64,000 nucleotides of DNA from assembly GCA_903813345.2 (NCBI GenBank), contig CAIIXF020000001.1, forward strand, positions 30,256,001-30,320,000. Reading direction: 5' to 3'. The DNA is from Owenia fusiformis. Lineage: Eukaryota. The position numbers were made by a program, and so were the translations under genes. Shown here piece after piece: positions 47,893-59,999 of this stretch (positions are counted from its first letter, which is position 1; each line of letters opens with the position of its first letter). Under the pieces are notes generated by a model, which searched no databases, had not been told where the DNA came from, and worked only from the letters and a program-made list of their open reading frames with translations.

Positions 47893-49080
47893 ACGCCTAA
47901 CTATTGACAACGTACAGTGACATAACACACCGTCGTACACTAAAGATGTACGGTGTTTCTATTTAACCGATTTAAAGCAAAGACAATGATGTAGATTTGA
48001 TGTAGGTTTTAAAAAATTATCTTAGCAATTAAGGATTTCAAGTTTGATTTCGTGTGTATTCGTTTGGGAAGACATTTAACTATCTAGTAACGTTAACATA
48101 TTTTCAAACAGTGCTTGATTTTTTTCGTGGTTAATCTACCCATATACAGGGTGGGCCAATAAAAAATGGAACATTTTTCTGTTTATTCAATTGTCTTTAT
48201 TTTTGCAGATCAATCCATGATTTAGCTTATGGTAAAATGATTATTTGTGAAAATGTAAAAGATAAAAATATGTATGTATGATTATTTTTGGCTTGTCATG
48301 GTCATGATATGTATTCTGCATGTATGTCTATACTAGCTTATTGATTATAGACTGTAACCCATTCTGTAGAAGTGCTCTAGAAATGCAACCTTCCTTACAT
48401 GAAATGTTACACATTCCAACCTATTTCAAACCATCTGTATGATTATACTGGACATTTTCTGGGTAGTTGGACTTTCTATAGGGGTGGCAGACGGCCCTCA
48501 GACCAATTTATACCCCTACCCCCAAAAAACCATGGGGGTACTTTAATACCACCCAATAAAAAGAATACTAATGCATGTCAGATATTCATTGTTTTATATT
48601 GGGTAGGGCATGTTATGGTTAATAAGTGCCAGAAATTTCCAATCTCTAACTTATATGGTTACCATAGAAACAGTATTTATATCTCGAAATATGCTCAATT
48701 TGACCTCCTCCCAAATGTGTCCCTTTGTTCTCAAAGTGAAATATTTCAAAATCTGTTTGGATTTTGTGGTTGCTGCTTTGTCAAAATTTGTAATATTATG
48801 TCTATATTAACACTAAAACACTTAAAAGTTGATATAATGATCCTATAAATCAATAATATTTATCAAATATAGTCACACATAGCTGCTTTCAGGGAAAAGT
48901 GGGCGTGGCACTTTTTGGTACTTGTGCGCTTGTTGCAGCATTAAATGAAAAATGCAGATTACACTAACAATAACTGACATTTAATTAGCATCTACTAATG
49001 TTGTGTAACATTGTAATATGTTCATTATCATTATTAGACACTTTAAATATTTTATATAAGTGTTATCCTGACCCTTCCCT
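47893..49080 (+). repeat. Left arm of a large inverted repeat (blocks about 47893-48146 and 48345-49080)
   Basis: Reverse-complement matches to 58563-58815 and 57046-58210. Confidence 0.85.
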
Positions 49081-50957
49081 ATCATAGGTCATCAATGGTC
49101 AAATGAACTTTTAGTTTAAGTCTTATAGGGTCCTCGGGCTTTTAAGTCTATCAAGAGTCAAGTCTTACTTATTCATTGACTTGTTCCTAGAATATGAATG
49201 GATAAGTTCAAGTCATCTAGAGCTATGAGTTACAATTAATTTATATGCTTGTTCAACAGGGTTCAATATTTAGAACCATTTTACCATGTTTACTGCAATT
49301 GAAAAGTAATGAACAGTTCAATCCTTTTGGTATGATATTTGATGCTAGTGTGAATCGCATAACATTTATGATTAAACTTAAATGAACTAATATAACTCTG
49401 GCTATTAACCCTTCCCTAGTATCCTTCACATAACCTCTAAATCATCTTCATATCCATGGCCTAAATGGGGAAGGAGGGAGGGGTTACAAATAGTGACCGA
49501 GGATAATTTGAATCAAAGCAAGAAGACGTAATACTCAAAACTAGAAAGATTGGAGACCATTTATACCCTTCCTAATATTTTGCCTAATACATAACACTAA
49601 AATCTATTTAGTCAGACACTTGCTGATTCTTTTATCAATACCTCAACATCAGGCAATGCATGATCTATCCAATGGATTAAAGATTATACTTGATTCTAAT
49701 ACGGCAAAATTTTGCAGTTATAATAAAATGCATCCATTCATTCGTGGCTCATAGTTAACAAAAAAGCTATTCTCTGGAAGGTACAGTATAATTTCTATTA
49801 GTATTTAGCAAAATAATTGCAAGATAAACAATTTACACATGTTTTATCTACCATTTAAGTGTATAATACTCTCATTTTACACTGGTTTCAATTCATGGTT
49901 AGGTCTATGGGGTGTTTTTAAAATTTGTATTGATAAAGAATTTTTGATCTTTTGGAACCCCCCCCCCCCCCTTGGATTTCATTTCATTTTAAACTTTAAC
50001 CATGAAGGGTATATACAGTATTTGGAAGCACAAAATCAAGTAATCTTGATGACTTCTAATATTTTATTCATCATTATAGTACAGGTTTCTTTTTCTATTT
50101 GACATTGCAATGATGAAGGATGTATGACACTTTGTTGGATGCCTCTTGGATTTCATGTTAATTTTAGCCTAACCAGGAAAACCACTCATTTTTCCAATCT
50201 AATTTGCTGCCATTTCACTGATAGTTGATATAAAGTTAATGTTGAGCAAGGTATGCTCAAATCAACCTAAGTTTTATTTACATGTTTCTGGTTTTATAGG
50301 TATGCTCTTGTTTTCAAACAAAATAATTCATAGCCGACAGTATTTTCAACTTTTTTCAATATACAGTATAAAACATTGAGTTGTACTGATAGTCACAATG
50401 CATGAATTTGGCTTATTATTGCTTGGCTTTTTCTATAAGGGCTTTATACCTTTCTCTGTGTTACATAAACTAATGGCTGGCAATCATTTTGTTTGTTTTG
50501 TTTTTTTTGCAAGGGCTCACTACATAAAATTTGAAACGAGTCCGTAGCTCAGCTGGGTAATTATACAGCAAAGCACATAAATGTGTGGAGTAGTTAAACC
50601 CAAATCAATTGATTTTTGGAATCATTTCATTGTAAATATTCTTTTTATTAAAGGATTCTTCTTAGCATCACGATGGTGCCACTTGAATGTATTGAGAAAC
50701 CAATATTGTATTTTTAACCATGCATTTCTCCTTTGGAGGCATGCTGAATTTCATGATATATCCAACTTAAACTTTAAAGTTAGTGTAGTTTCTTTTCATT
50801 TTTTATTATCTTTGATCCATTTGGAGTGGATACACTGTAGAGCAAGGTATGCTCAACAGATACCATTTTTGTTTTTGTCTTACTTTTATGTTTCATGTAA
50901 GCATTTTGCTTGCATTTTTGTTTTTGTTCTTTGTTCATGATGGAAGCATAATTTCAT

Positions 50958-53900
50958 ATGGTTTTAATTGCCTTTTCAACGAAAATGGATAATCCCTTGA
51001 ATGTATTGCCTTTTCATAACTGTTCCAATGTTGACTTCCTCAATGACACAAATCAGCTTGATTTTTATGAATCTTTAATTTTTGACCCTCTTGATTTTGA
51101 GAGGAGAATCGCAACCGAAGACCAATATGAAAATGTACAATCAGATATGCAGGACATTGCTCAAAAGTGCAAATTTTTTAACATTGACCAGTTCAACTCA
51201 ACTGTGAGGCAGGACTCTTTTTCTCTTGTTCACTTCAACATGAGAAGTCTTCCAAAAAATAACTGGAAATTTCAAATATTTGAATCACTGAGTAGGACTA
51301 AATTTTCTGTAATTGCCATGTCAGAAACATGGCTTAATTCCAATATTGAAAAACTTTATAAACTTGATGGATACAACTCTGTCTTTAATTCTAGGAATGG
51401 TTCAAGAGGTGGAGGCATTTGCCTTCATATTGATAAGCATTATTCATTCAAAGTAAGAACTGATCTTCAGTTAACACTTAATCAATGTGAATCCTTAACA
51501 ATCGAAATTGAGCAGATATCTGGAAAAAATATCCTTGTTACTGGTATATATAAACCACCAAATGCTAATTTAAATGATTTTAATATAGATTTTAATTTAC
51601 TGCAAGAGAAAATCGTAGCAGAAGATAAAATTTCATATATATTAGGTGACTTTAATATTGATATTTTAAAATCAAATCAACATGAACAAACAAATGAATT
51701 TATATGTAACTTGCATTCAAATAACTTTATACCTTTGATATATAGACCTACTAGAATTACTCAAACTACTGCCACACTTATCGATAACATTTTTTCAAAT
51801 GCAAATAACATAGCTCACACAGGTGTATTACTTTATGATATTTCTGACCATTTCCCAATATTTGCAATTAATGATAGAACAAAATCTTGTGTTAAAAAAA
51901 GAAAAATTCAATATCGGGTTATTAATGATGAAACAGTTAGTAGACTTAAAAATGAGATATCTTTGATCAACTGGGATAATTATGATGAATCTCCTTGTAT
52001 TAACACTGCTTACAATTCATTTTTAGATATTTTATCCAGAACATATAACAGATGTCTTCCTATTAAAAATAAAATAATTAAAACGTATAATGATAACAAT
52101 AAACCATGGATAACTTTAGGGATAATAATTTCAGCCAAATATAAAAACAAACTGTACACCAAATATAAGAAAAATCCAACTTTGCAGAATAAGACAGTTT
52201 ACACTAGGTATAAAAATAAATTAAATCATGTTATCAGAAATGCAGAAAAGATGTTTTATAAAAATAAATTTGAAGAGAGCAAAGGTAATATAAAGAAATC
52301 TTGGAATATTATTAATAGCATTTTAAAAAGAAAACCAATTAATTCAAATACAAATTCCTCATTTGACCTTGGTGAACGGAAAACAACTAATGGTGAAGAG
52401 ATAGCAGAACATTTTAATCACTTCTTTAGCACAATTGGTAAAAAACTTGCTGATCGTATTAAGACTAACATTGACCCAATGATTAACATGAGAAAAATGA
52501 ATCAAAATTTAAACTCTCTGTTCATTACCCCAGTTACAATAAATGATGTCACAACAGGAATTAAATTACTAAAGGATTCTGCAGCTTCAATTGACGATAT
52601 AAAACCAATAGTTATAAAATCGCTTCATGAATTTCTAGCAGCACCACTTGCACAAATTTTCAATTTATCAATTTCTACAGGTAAATTTCCAGATGCACTT
52701 AAAATTGCTAGAGTTATCGCAGTATTTAAAAAGGGACTTAAAGATAAATTCACTAACTACAGACCAATTTCTATTTTGAGTGTTTTTGCGAAAATGTTAG
52801 AAAAACTTATTCATGATAAGGTAATGGTATTCTTAGAAAAATATGAATTACTCTATTTACAGCAATATGGCTTCCGAAAAAAACATTCCACATATATGGC
52901 TCTTTTAAATTTTATTGAAAACATAAGAACAGGTTTAGACAAATCGGAAACAAGCATTGGAATATATATTGATTTAACAAAAGCCTTTGATACCGTGGAT
53001 CATAATATACTGTTGAATAAACTTGAATTTTATGGAATTAGAGGAACCCCACTTTCTTGGTTTAAAAGTTATCTTGAAAATAGGAAAATCATTACAGAAT
53101 ATACAATACATGATTTTGAAATTGACCCAAGTACTATAACTGATATGAAATATCAATCATCTGCTTCTAATATTGAATATGGAATTCCACAAGGCTCTGT
53201 TTTGGGGCCCCTCTTATTCATTATTTTCATAAATGACATATATTTAACATCAGATAAATTAAAATTTGTCCTATATGCAGATGACACAAATATTTTATTG
53301 ACTGATGATAACATTGATAATTTAGAAAATGATATAAATGAGGAATTGAAGAAGGTTCATGATTGGATGACATCTAACAGATTAACACTCAATGTAGAAA
53401 AAACAAAATTTATGATTTTTGACATAAAAAGAATCAACAAAATTGACAACTTTGAAGTAAAATTAAATAATCAATCAATAGAAAGGGTAAATAATATTAA
53501 TTTTCTAGGAGTAATTATTGACTCCAAGTTAACATGGGCTGCTCACATAAATGCACTTTGTACCAAAATTTCAAATTTAATTCGATTAATATATAAAACT
53601 AGACACAAACTAACTTTGAATGCCTTGCTGACAACCTATTATTCTTTAGTATATTCATATATAAGTTATGGAAACATTTTATGGGGCAATGCAACAAAAA
53701 ATCACTTAAACAGACTATTTATTTTGCAAAAGAAATTTCTAAGAATAATGAAAAATTCTGAAAGAACTGCTCATTCAAGTCCCATCTTCAAAAAGTTCAA
53801 AATATTAAATATTTTTGACATTAATAAATTTCAAACGCTCACTTTTGTGCAGAAAACTGTAACAGAATCTGTAGACTTTCCGTTTCATAATTTTAAACAT

Positions 53901-54074
53901 TTTTTTCAAGAGAGAACAGATATACACACCCATGATACTAGATACAAATATAATTTAACAATCAAAAGGTTTAGAACTGAAACTGGTCGAAAATCAATTG
54001 CGATTAGAGGAGCAATACTGTATAACTCACTGGCTAAAGACTTCAAAGAAGGCAAAATATATAAAGAAATTTGA
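50958..54074 (+). CDS. LINE ORF2: AP-like endonuclease plus reverse transcriptase
   Basis: 1038 aa. Endonuclease motifs: HFNMRSL, SETW, GGG, YKPP, GDFN, PTR, IDNIF, SDH. RT motifs: NYRPIS, QYGFR, DLTKAFDTVDH, GIPQGSVLGPLLF, YADD, FLGV. Confidence 0.95.
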   Translation: MVLIAFSTKMDNPLNVLPFHNCSNVDFLNDTNQLDFYESLIFDPLDFERRIATEDQYENVQSDMQDIAQKCKFFNIDQFNSTVRQDSFSLVHFNMRSLPKNNWKFQIFESLSRTKFSVIAMSETWLNSNIEKLYKLDGYNSVFNSRNGSRGGGICLHIDKHYSFKVRTDLQLTLNQCESLTIEIEQISGKNILVTGIYKPPNANLNDFNIDFNLLQEKIVAEDKISYILGDFNIDILKSNQHEQTNEFICNLHSNNFIPLIYRPTRITQTTATLIDNIFSNANNIAHTGVLLYDISDHFPIFAINDRTKSCVKKRKIQYRVINDETVSRLKNEISLINWDNYDESPCINTAYNSFLDILSRTYNRCLPIKNKIIKTYNDNNKPWITLGIIISAKYKNKLYTKYKKNPTLQNKTVYTRYKNKLNHVIRNAEKMFYKNKFEESKGNIKKSWNIINSILKRKPINSNTNSSFDLGERKTTNGEEIAEHFNHFFSTIGKKLADRIKTNIDPMINMRKMNQNLNSLFITPVTINDVTTGIKLLKDSAASIDDIKPIVIKSLHEFLAAPLAQIFNLSISTGKFPDALKIARVIAVFKKGLKDKFTNYRPISILSVFAKMLEKLIHDKVMVFLEKYELLYLQQYGFRKKHSTYMALLNFIENIRTGLDKSETSIGIYIDLTKAFDTVDHNILLNKLEFYGIRGTPLSWFKSYLENRKIITEYTIHDFEIDPSTITDMKYQSSASNIEYGIPQGSVLGPLLFIIFINDIYLTSDKLKFVLYADDTNILLTDDNIDNLENDINEELKKVHDWMTSNRLTLNVEKTKFMIFDIKRINKIDNFEVKLNNQSIERVNNINFLGVIIDSKLTWAAHINALCTKISNLIRLIYKTRHKLTLNALLTTYYSLVYSYISYGNILWGNATKNHLNRLFILQKKFLRIMKNSERTAHSSPIFKKFKILNIFDINKFQTLTFVQKTVTESVDFPFHNFKHFFQERTDIHTHDTRYKYNLTIKRFRTETGRKSIAIRGAILYNSLAKDFKEGKIYKEI

Positions 54075-54300
54075 AAAACTGATAAAGAATGATCTTATCA
54101 GTAAATACCAATGATAATCTGTGCTTCCATTTTTCTCTTTCATTTTGATTCATTTAGCTTTTGATCTATGACTAAAACATTACTTTTAAATATTATGTCC
54201 CATGGAATATATACACCCCTTGGGGTGTCTTTTTCATGTAATTGATGAAATGTTGTATGATGTAATTTTGAATGAATAAATTGAATTGAATTGAATTGAA
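50958..54300 (+). mobile_element. Non-LTR retrotransposon (CR1-group LINE, e.g. Crack/Daphne/L2-like): ORF2, 3' UTR and microsatellite tail
   Basis: ORF2 is followed by a 3' UTR with hairpin ACACCC-CTTG-GGGTGT (54213-54228), AATAAA and an (ATTGA)n tail ending near 54300. The 5' boundary and TSD were not resolved. Confidence 0.9.
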
Positions 54301-54414
54301 TATGCTGTATTTTCAATGATTCCTTCAATAGTGGTTCGGTATATGTTTTTTAAATACTTCAAATAATTCCTAAACAAATCTGTTTAGTGTATGAAATCAA
54401 AAAAAGTAGATACA

Positions 54415-56094
54415 TTTGTCCCATACTTGGACATGTTTCAGATACATATAGCAGGTTTATAAATACTTATATTTTCATCAGCGGGCAGATATAGCTAATG
54501 TCCCGGCCTGAGAGGGCAGATATATTACACCTGCCCACTAAGTCATAATCATCATTTGTGTATGATAAGCAATGAGGGAAGTAGCATACTTAATACATAT
54601 GTTAATAATCAATGATTCGAGAATATGTGGATGAATACTTTAAAAAAAACAGAAGAATCCTCCTAAGGCCAAGAAAACAAAATTAGACATGAATACATTC
54701 ATATGGTTGAATTCTTTCTAACTCTGGCCAATTGAACAATGTGAACCAGATAAGAAAGATTGATATGGGATAAACAGATCATCCTCTAGTCAGTTCATGC
54801 TATTAGGATTATCCCTTGGCGAATATAATATATCTTCCCTCAGGAACTAAGGCCTTTGGTCAATAGAAAATATCTTCCCTCGGGACCTATGACCATCGGC
54901 CAGATATATTATATTGGCCTCGGGATAATTCTAATACCCTGAATCTCATAGAGGATAATCTCTATTTGTCTCCATCAATTATTATAATACATATAAATCG
55001 GGATATAAATATAACCTAAAGTAAGAAATCACATTCTCTAACCAGTAATATTTAATTTTAAAATTGGTAAATGATGATTATGTCACAATAGAATTGATGA
55101 CCATGATTTATTTGAGAATAAAACAGACAAAACAAAGGCTAACAAAAATCTTTAAAAATTTTGGTAAAACATAAATATTCTAAAATTGCTTGTTTTTCAT
55201 CATTATTACTTCGATCTCCAAACCCCAAAAATTGAGTGTTACAAATTGTTTCAAGTTAAAGTATGCCTAATTTCATGAGCAAACTAGTAATCTTGTTGGA
55301 TATTTTTCCTCAACAATGCCTTATCTAATTCATCTATATACAAACTACTAGATTCCAAATGCTATTTTACAGGATGGGTGTTCATGAAAGTAACACTAAA
55401 CATCAATTTTGTCATAAACTGAACAATGCAGCTAATTGATTCTCCCATCTAAGCAACAGAGCCTCTTTTAATATATTGTAATTTCAAAATTGCCTCTAAT
55501 TCAAGTTCTTCAATCAAATCTAAAATGGACACAACTGGTAATATCTTTATACCATATGAGTAGAATGTTTGTTTCTTTCAAATTCATGCTTTCGTTAGAA
55601 ACATGGATATCACTAATTCATAGTTTTGATTCATCTTTAAAATGGTGTGCATTATATATGAGGTTTAATTAATGGGAAGTTTTTAATACAGGGAAATACA
55701 ATATATGTGAGGGAAATACAATATACCTCCCCAAGGGGTTGAGGGTAGAATATTGTATTTCCCAAGGGTTATACCTTGTACCCAAAATTATTTATCATAT
55801 ACTAAAATACGAAAATATGAGAAATTGCACAGAATGAAATTCCTGCAAGGGATTACTGAGCGGGTGATAAACTTGGCGATACATAGAGATTATCCTATAT
55901 GAGGTTCAGGATATTGGGACTAACCCGAGGCAAATATAATATATCTGCCCGAGGGCGATTATGACGGAGTGGGCAGATATACTACATCTGCCCGCTCGCA
56001 ACGGGACGTAAAGCTATATCTGCCCGCTGATGAAAATATAAGTTTTTACAAGCCTGCCTTATGTACCTGAAACACGACCAAGTATGGGATAAAG
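54415..56094. mobile_element. Older element with long diverged TIRs (TTT(A/G)TCCCATACTTGG termini)
   Basis: 54415-54540 mirrors 55968-56094 (CTTATATTTTCATCAGCGGGCAGATATAGCT), and 54900-54965 mirrors 55883-55948. Confidence 0.7.
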
Positions 56095-57045
56095 CGGGAT
56101 ATGCAGTACATGTATATCCCCACTCACCTAAGGTATCAATTATATTCATGCATTTCATTTACCTATAACACTAAGTATAGGATAAATAACTTTTACTGAC
56201 AAATTGTATAAGTACATGATTACATAAGTCACAACTGCTCACTAAAAGGTTAACTTATTGCATGAAGAAATGTAATTCTACATGAAGATTTCAAATATGA
56301 TATCACTTATTTGACTGAATTTTGAATTTTTAATGATGTAAAGCAAGATTATTTCTACTTGCATCTAAGTCTATTTCATTGTATAAGTCAACAATTAATA
56401 AGGCAAATACATATCACTGGCTTCCCTGATTCATTTAGATTCCTTGCACTTTTAAAATCATCAATAATTCATATAGGGTTGAACTATCGAATAATGAAAA
56501 CGTTGCAAATGATGTGATAGAAGTTTTTATACTATTTAGCTTGGAAATATTGCTGATATAGTTTTAATGTGATTTTAGGAGATTAAATGTTCTACTGAGG
56601 AACTTTGATTATGTTCAATTTTCTATGATCTTTAACTTTCTGAAAAAGGTCGGGCTAAATTCTCATTGAGACGATGTTAAAAATCTTAATGTTGACTTCC
56701 TAAATGTTGAATTCTTTTGATTGTCATGAATTTAAGGTTCACACAAAATCTGAGGATCATCTAGTTTCAAACACAATCTGAATCTCATTAAGTTTGATGC
56801 GAAAGCAGTTTTACTTTAATCCAAAATAACAAATATGGTAAATCAATATGTGTCTATGGTAGATGCTAGCGTGTAGTCCAACCAGCACAAGTGCTGCCAT
56901 CTACCTATCCATTCATCAGTTTAGCACCTAATAAGGTCAGTACTCATGGTAAAGCTTTTGTACCTTGTCTATGGTAAAAATAAATCAAACAGAAATGTTA
57001 ACTTGACACGATTGGTAATGCCCACCTTGAAGGGTGTAGGGATAA

Positions 57046-58815
57046 AGGGAAGGGTCAGGATAACACTTATATAAAATATTTAAAGTGTCTAATGATGATA
57101 ATGAACATATTACAATGTTGCACAACATAAGTAGATGCTAATTAAATGTCAATTGTTGTTAGGCCATAAGAATTAGATTCTCTGTTTTGCGTCCTGGCAA
57201 AATCCAAATCATGCAAGGGTGCAAGGAAAACAAACACAAACTCAAGAAAAAACACAAACTTGTTTGCTGAGAAATGTATACATTTTATGGGCATTAAAAG
57301 GGATGACATACCAATTTGCAGTGATACAAACACAAATCTATACATTTTATACAAAATATTTAAATATAGGAATTATTCAAGGGTAAAAATAAGAAAATAC
57401 ACAATGTATGCCAAAGTAATCAATAACACTGTCAATTTTGACGTACATCAATTTATCCCCCATTTTTTCTGATTCTGATTGAACAAAATGCGATGTTACT
57501 TTCAGACCCTTGTGATTGCTATTTGGATGTGTTTGTTTTTTCGGATTTACTCAAAATCGTGCAAGCAAGGGGACGCAAAACAAAGAATCTACTTCTTACG
57601 GCCTTAGTATAATATGTATTTTTCATTTAATGCTGCAACAAGTACACAGGTACCAAAAAGTGCCACGCCCACTTTTCCCTAAAAGCAGCTATGTGTGACT
57701 ATATTTGATAAATATTATTGATTTATAGGATCATTATGAACACTTTTCAGTGTTTAAATGTTAAAATATACATATTGATACAATTTTGGACAAAGTAGCA
57801 GCCATAAAATCCAAACAGATTTGCAAATATTTCACTTTGAGAACAAAGGGACACATTTGGGAGGAGGTCAAATTGAGAATATTTCAAGATATAAATACTG
57901 TTTCTATGGTAACCATATCAGTTAGAGATTGAAAATTTCTGGCACTTACTAACCATAACATGCCCTACCCAATATAAAACAATGAATATCTGACATGCAT
58001 TAGTATTCTTTTTATTGGGTGTTATTAAAGTACCCCCATGGTTTTTGGGGGGTATGGGTATAAATTGGTCTGAGGGCTGTCTGCCACCCCTATAGAAAGT
58101 CCAACTACCCAGAAAATTTCATCATACAGATGGATTGAAATAGGTTGGAATGTGTAACCTTTCATGTAAGGAAGGAGTTACAATTATCAGAGTGGGTCGT
58201 AGTCTATTATGACTTTTTAAAATCCTGTTTATGATATATATGGAAAGTGATCAATAGTTTTAATAGTTCAATCAAATTGAAGTAATTCTGTAATTGCTCT
58301 GTTTAAATGTATCTGACACCTGTCTGTTAGTGCTATGAAAAATACGTTGCCTGCATTAGGGTTAACTTAGAATTGAGTGAGTTCAATGGGACAATGTACA
58401 TTCGAGTTGATAACGTACACTTATGATTTTTTAAATCATAGCCAAAACTTTAATACTTATTATATCTTCAACAGACCTTAATTGTGTATTCGACACAGCT
58501 CTTAGACAACAGGGGAGGAAATGATCAAAGGAAATCTGTAAAAACATTTTCCAACCGACCAATTATATGGGTAGATTACACGAAAAAAAGCGAGCACTGT
58601 TCGAAAATCTTTTTTTAACGTTATAAGAACGTTAAATGTCTTCCCAAACGAAAAATCAAACATGAAATCCTTAATGTATTCCTCAGATATTTTTTTAAAA
58701 CCTACATCAAACCTAAATCATTGTCTTTGCTTCAAATCGGTTTAATAGTGACACCGTACATTTAAAGTGTACGACGGTATATTTTGTCACTGTACGTTGC
58801 CGATGGTTAGACGTG
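57046..58815 (-). repeat. Right arm of the large inverted repeat
   Basis: For example, CAAAAAGTGCCACGCCCACTTTTCCCT at about 57654-57680 mirrors AGGGAAAAGTGGGCGTGGCACTTTTTG at about 48891-48917. The arm is interrupted by a MITE. Confidence 0.85.
57162..57603. mobile_element. PIF/Harbinger (Tourist-like) MITE with TTA TSD
   Basis: TTA|GGCCATAAGAATTAGATTCTCTGTTTTGCGTCC ... GGACGCAAAACAAAGAATCTACTTCTTACGGCC|TTA. The empty site with a single TTA is present in the left arm near 48965. Confidence 0.88.
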
Positions 58816-59393
58816 GCATTGAATCTTAGTAGTTTTAGGGAGACAAGTTTTGGGCCCCTAAAACCCAAAAGTCGGCCCAAATTTTGAGGCCAATTTTCTT
58901 CAAAATTTGGCCTGAAATTAAAAAATTAGGCCTTAAAAGGCCCAGTAATGACCAAAGAGGCCCACTTTTTGGGGCTATTTTGAAAATAGGCAGCTTTTGA
59001 AGGAATCCCATTAAGAGAAGTTTTAAAACGTGTAACTATTGTTGACAGACAGACGGGAAGACAGACAATCAGATAGACAAGTGAGTGATTGAAATATCTC
59101 ACCATGTGAGCTAAAAAGAAAATACTGATGTTTATGAACTTATTTGAGGGTAGTATAATATGTGTACAACACTTAACCCCAGAAACAGGTTTAAGTTGAC
59201 ACAGACTTCTGATATTTGGAATACATTTAAGGTACTCATATTTTAAAACAGTTAGAAGTAAGGAAATACCATGTAATCCTATATTTCTTTAATATAAACA
59301 ATGATAAACAGTTTACACAGAATCATATTCATGTAAAAAATAAAAATATTAAAATCTCGTTGAGCTACTATAAATGGCCATTGGAATCAATTA

Positions 59394-59912
59394 AACAAGG
59401 CATTAACATGACAAAGTGTCACCACCTAGTTGCTCACAATATTAGGAGTTCAATCTTAAGTCAGATTTGAATTTCTGAGAACTTGAAGATGATTTTGAAA
59501 AAAGTAAAAAACTGGTCAATTGAAAAGACATTTTTTGACCCTGAGAAAGTCATTGAAGGTGAAATCTCAAATCTAAAGTCAGATTTGACACTTCTAATAA
59601 CTTGTAGATGATTTTGAAAAAACAAATTGGTCAATTTGAAGCAAGATGAAAAAAGACCCTTTTGACCTTGAAGGTCAAATCTTTTTTGACCTTGAGAATG
59701 TCATTGAAGCTCAAATCTTAAATATAAAGTCAGATTTGAACTTCTGGAAACATGTAGATGATTTTGAAAAAATTGAATTCAGTCTAAACAGTATTTGTTA
59801 AGTTATTGGAAGTTGTAAGAATTTGTTACAGACGCCAACCGCCAACCACCAACCGCCGTCAAAAAACAGAGACCATAACAATATGTCACATAATTTTGGT
59901 GGTGACATAAAA
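59394..59912 (-). mobile_element. Second copy of the 44.1-46.1 kb HINE-like family
   Basis: Same termini and satellite unit, with fewer repeats. Short related ends also occur at about 4017-4130 and 5558-5695. Confidence 0.8.
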
Positions 59913-59999
59913 ACAATTGAAAATTATATAATAGTGAATAGAGCTATACCATACTTGTATTGTTGGGAATATTTAGTTCAATAAATCAAAAGATTCCCT

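Noticed and set aside
48399..48848. 149-aa ORF in the left inverted-repeat arm
   Set aside because: No recognisable domain, and the mirrored copy in the right arm has indels and no equivalent ORF.
50581..50940. 119-aa ORF upstream of LINE ORF2 as a candidate ORF1
   Set aside because: Short and F/L-rich as expected from T-rich DNA, with no coiled-coil, RRM, PHD or esterase signature.
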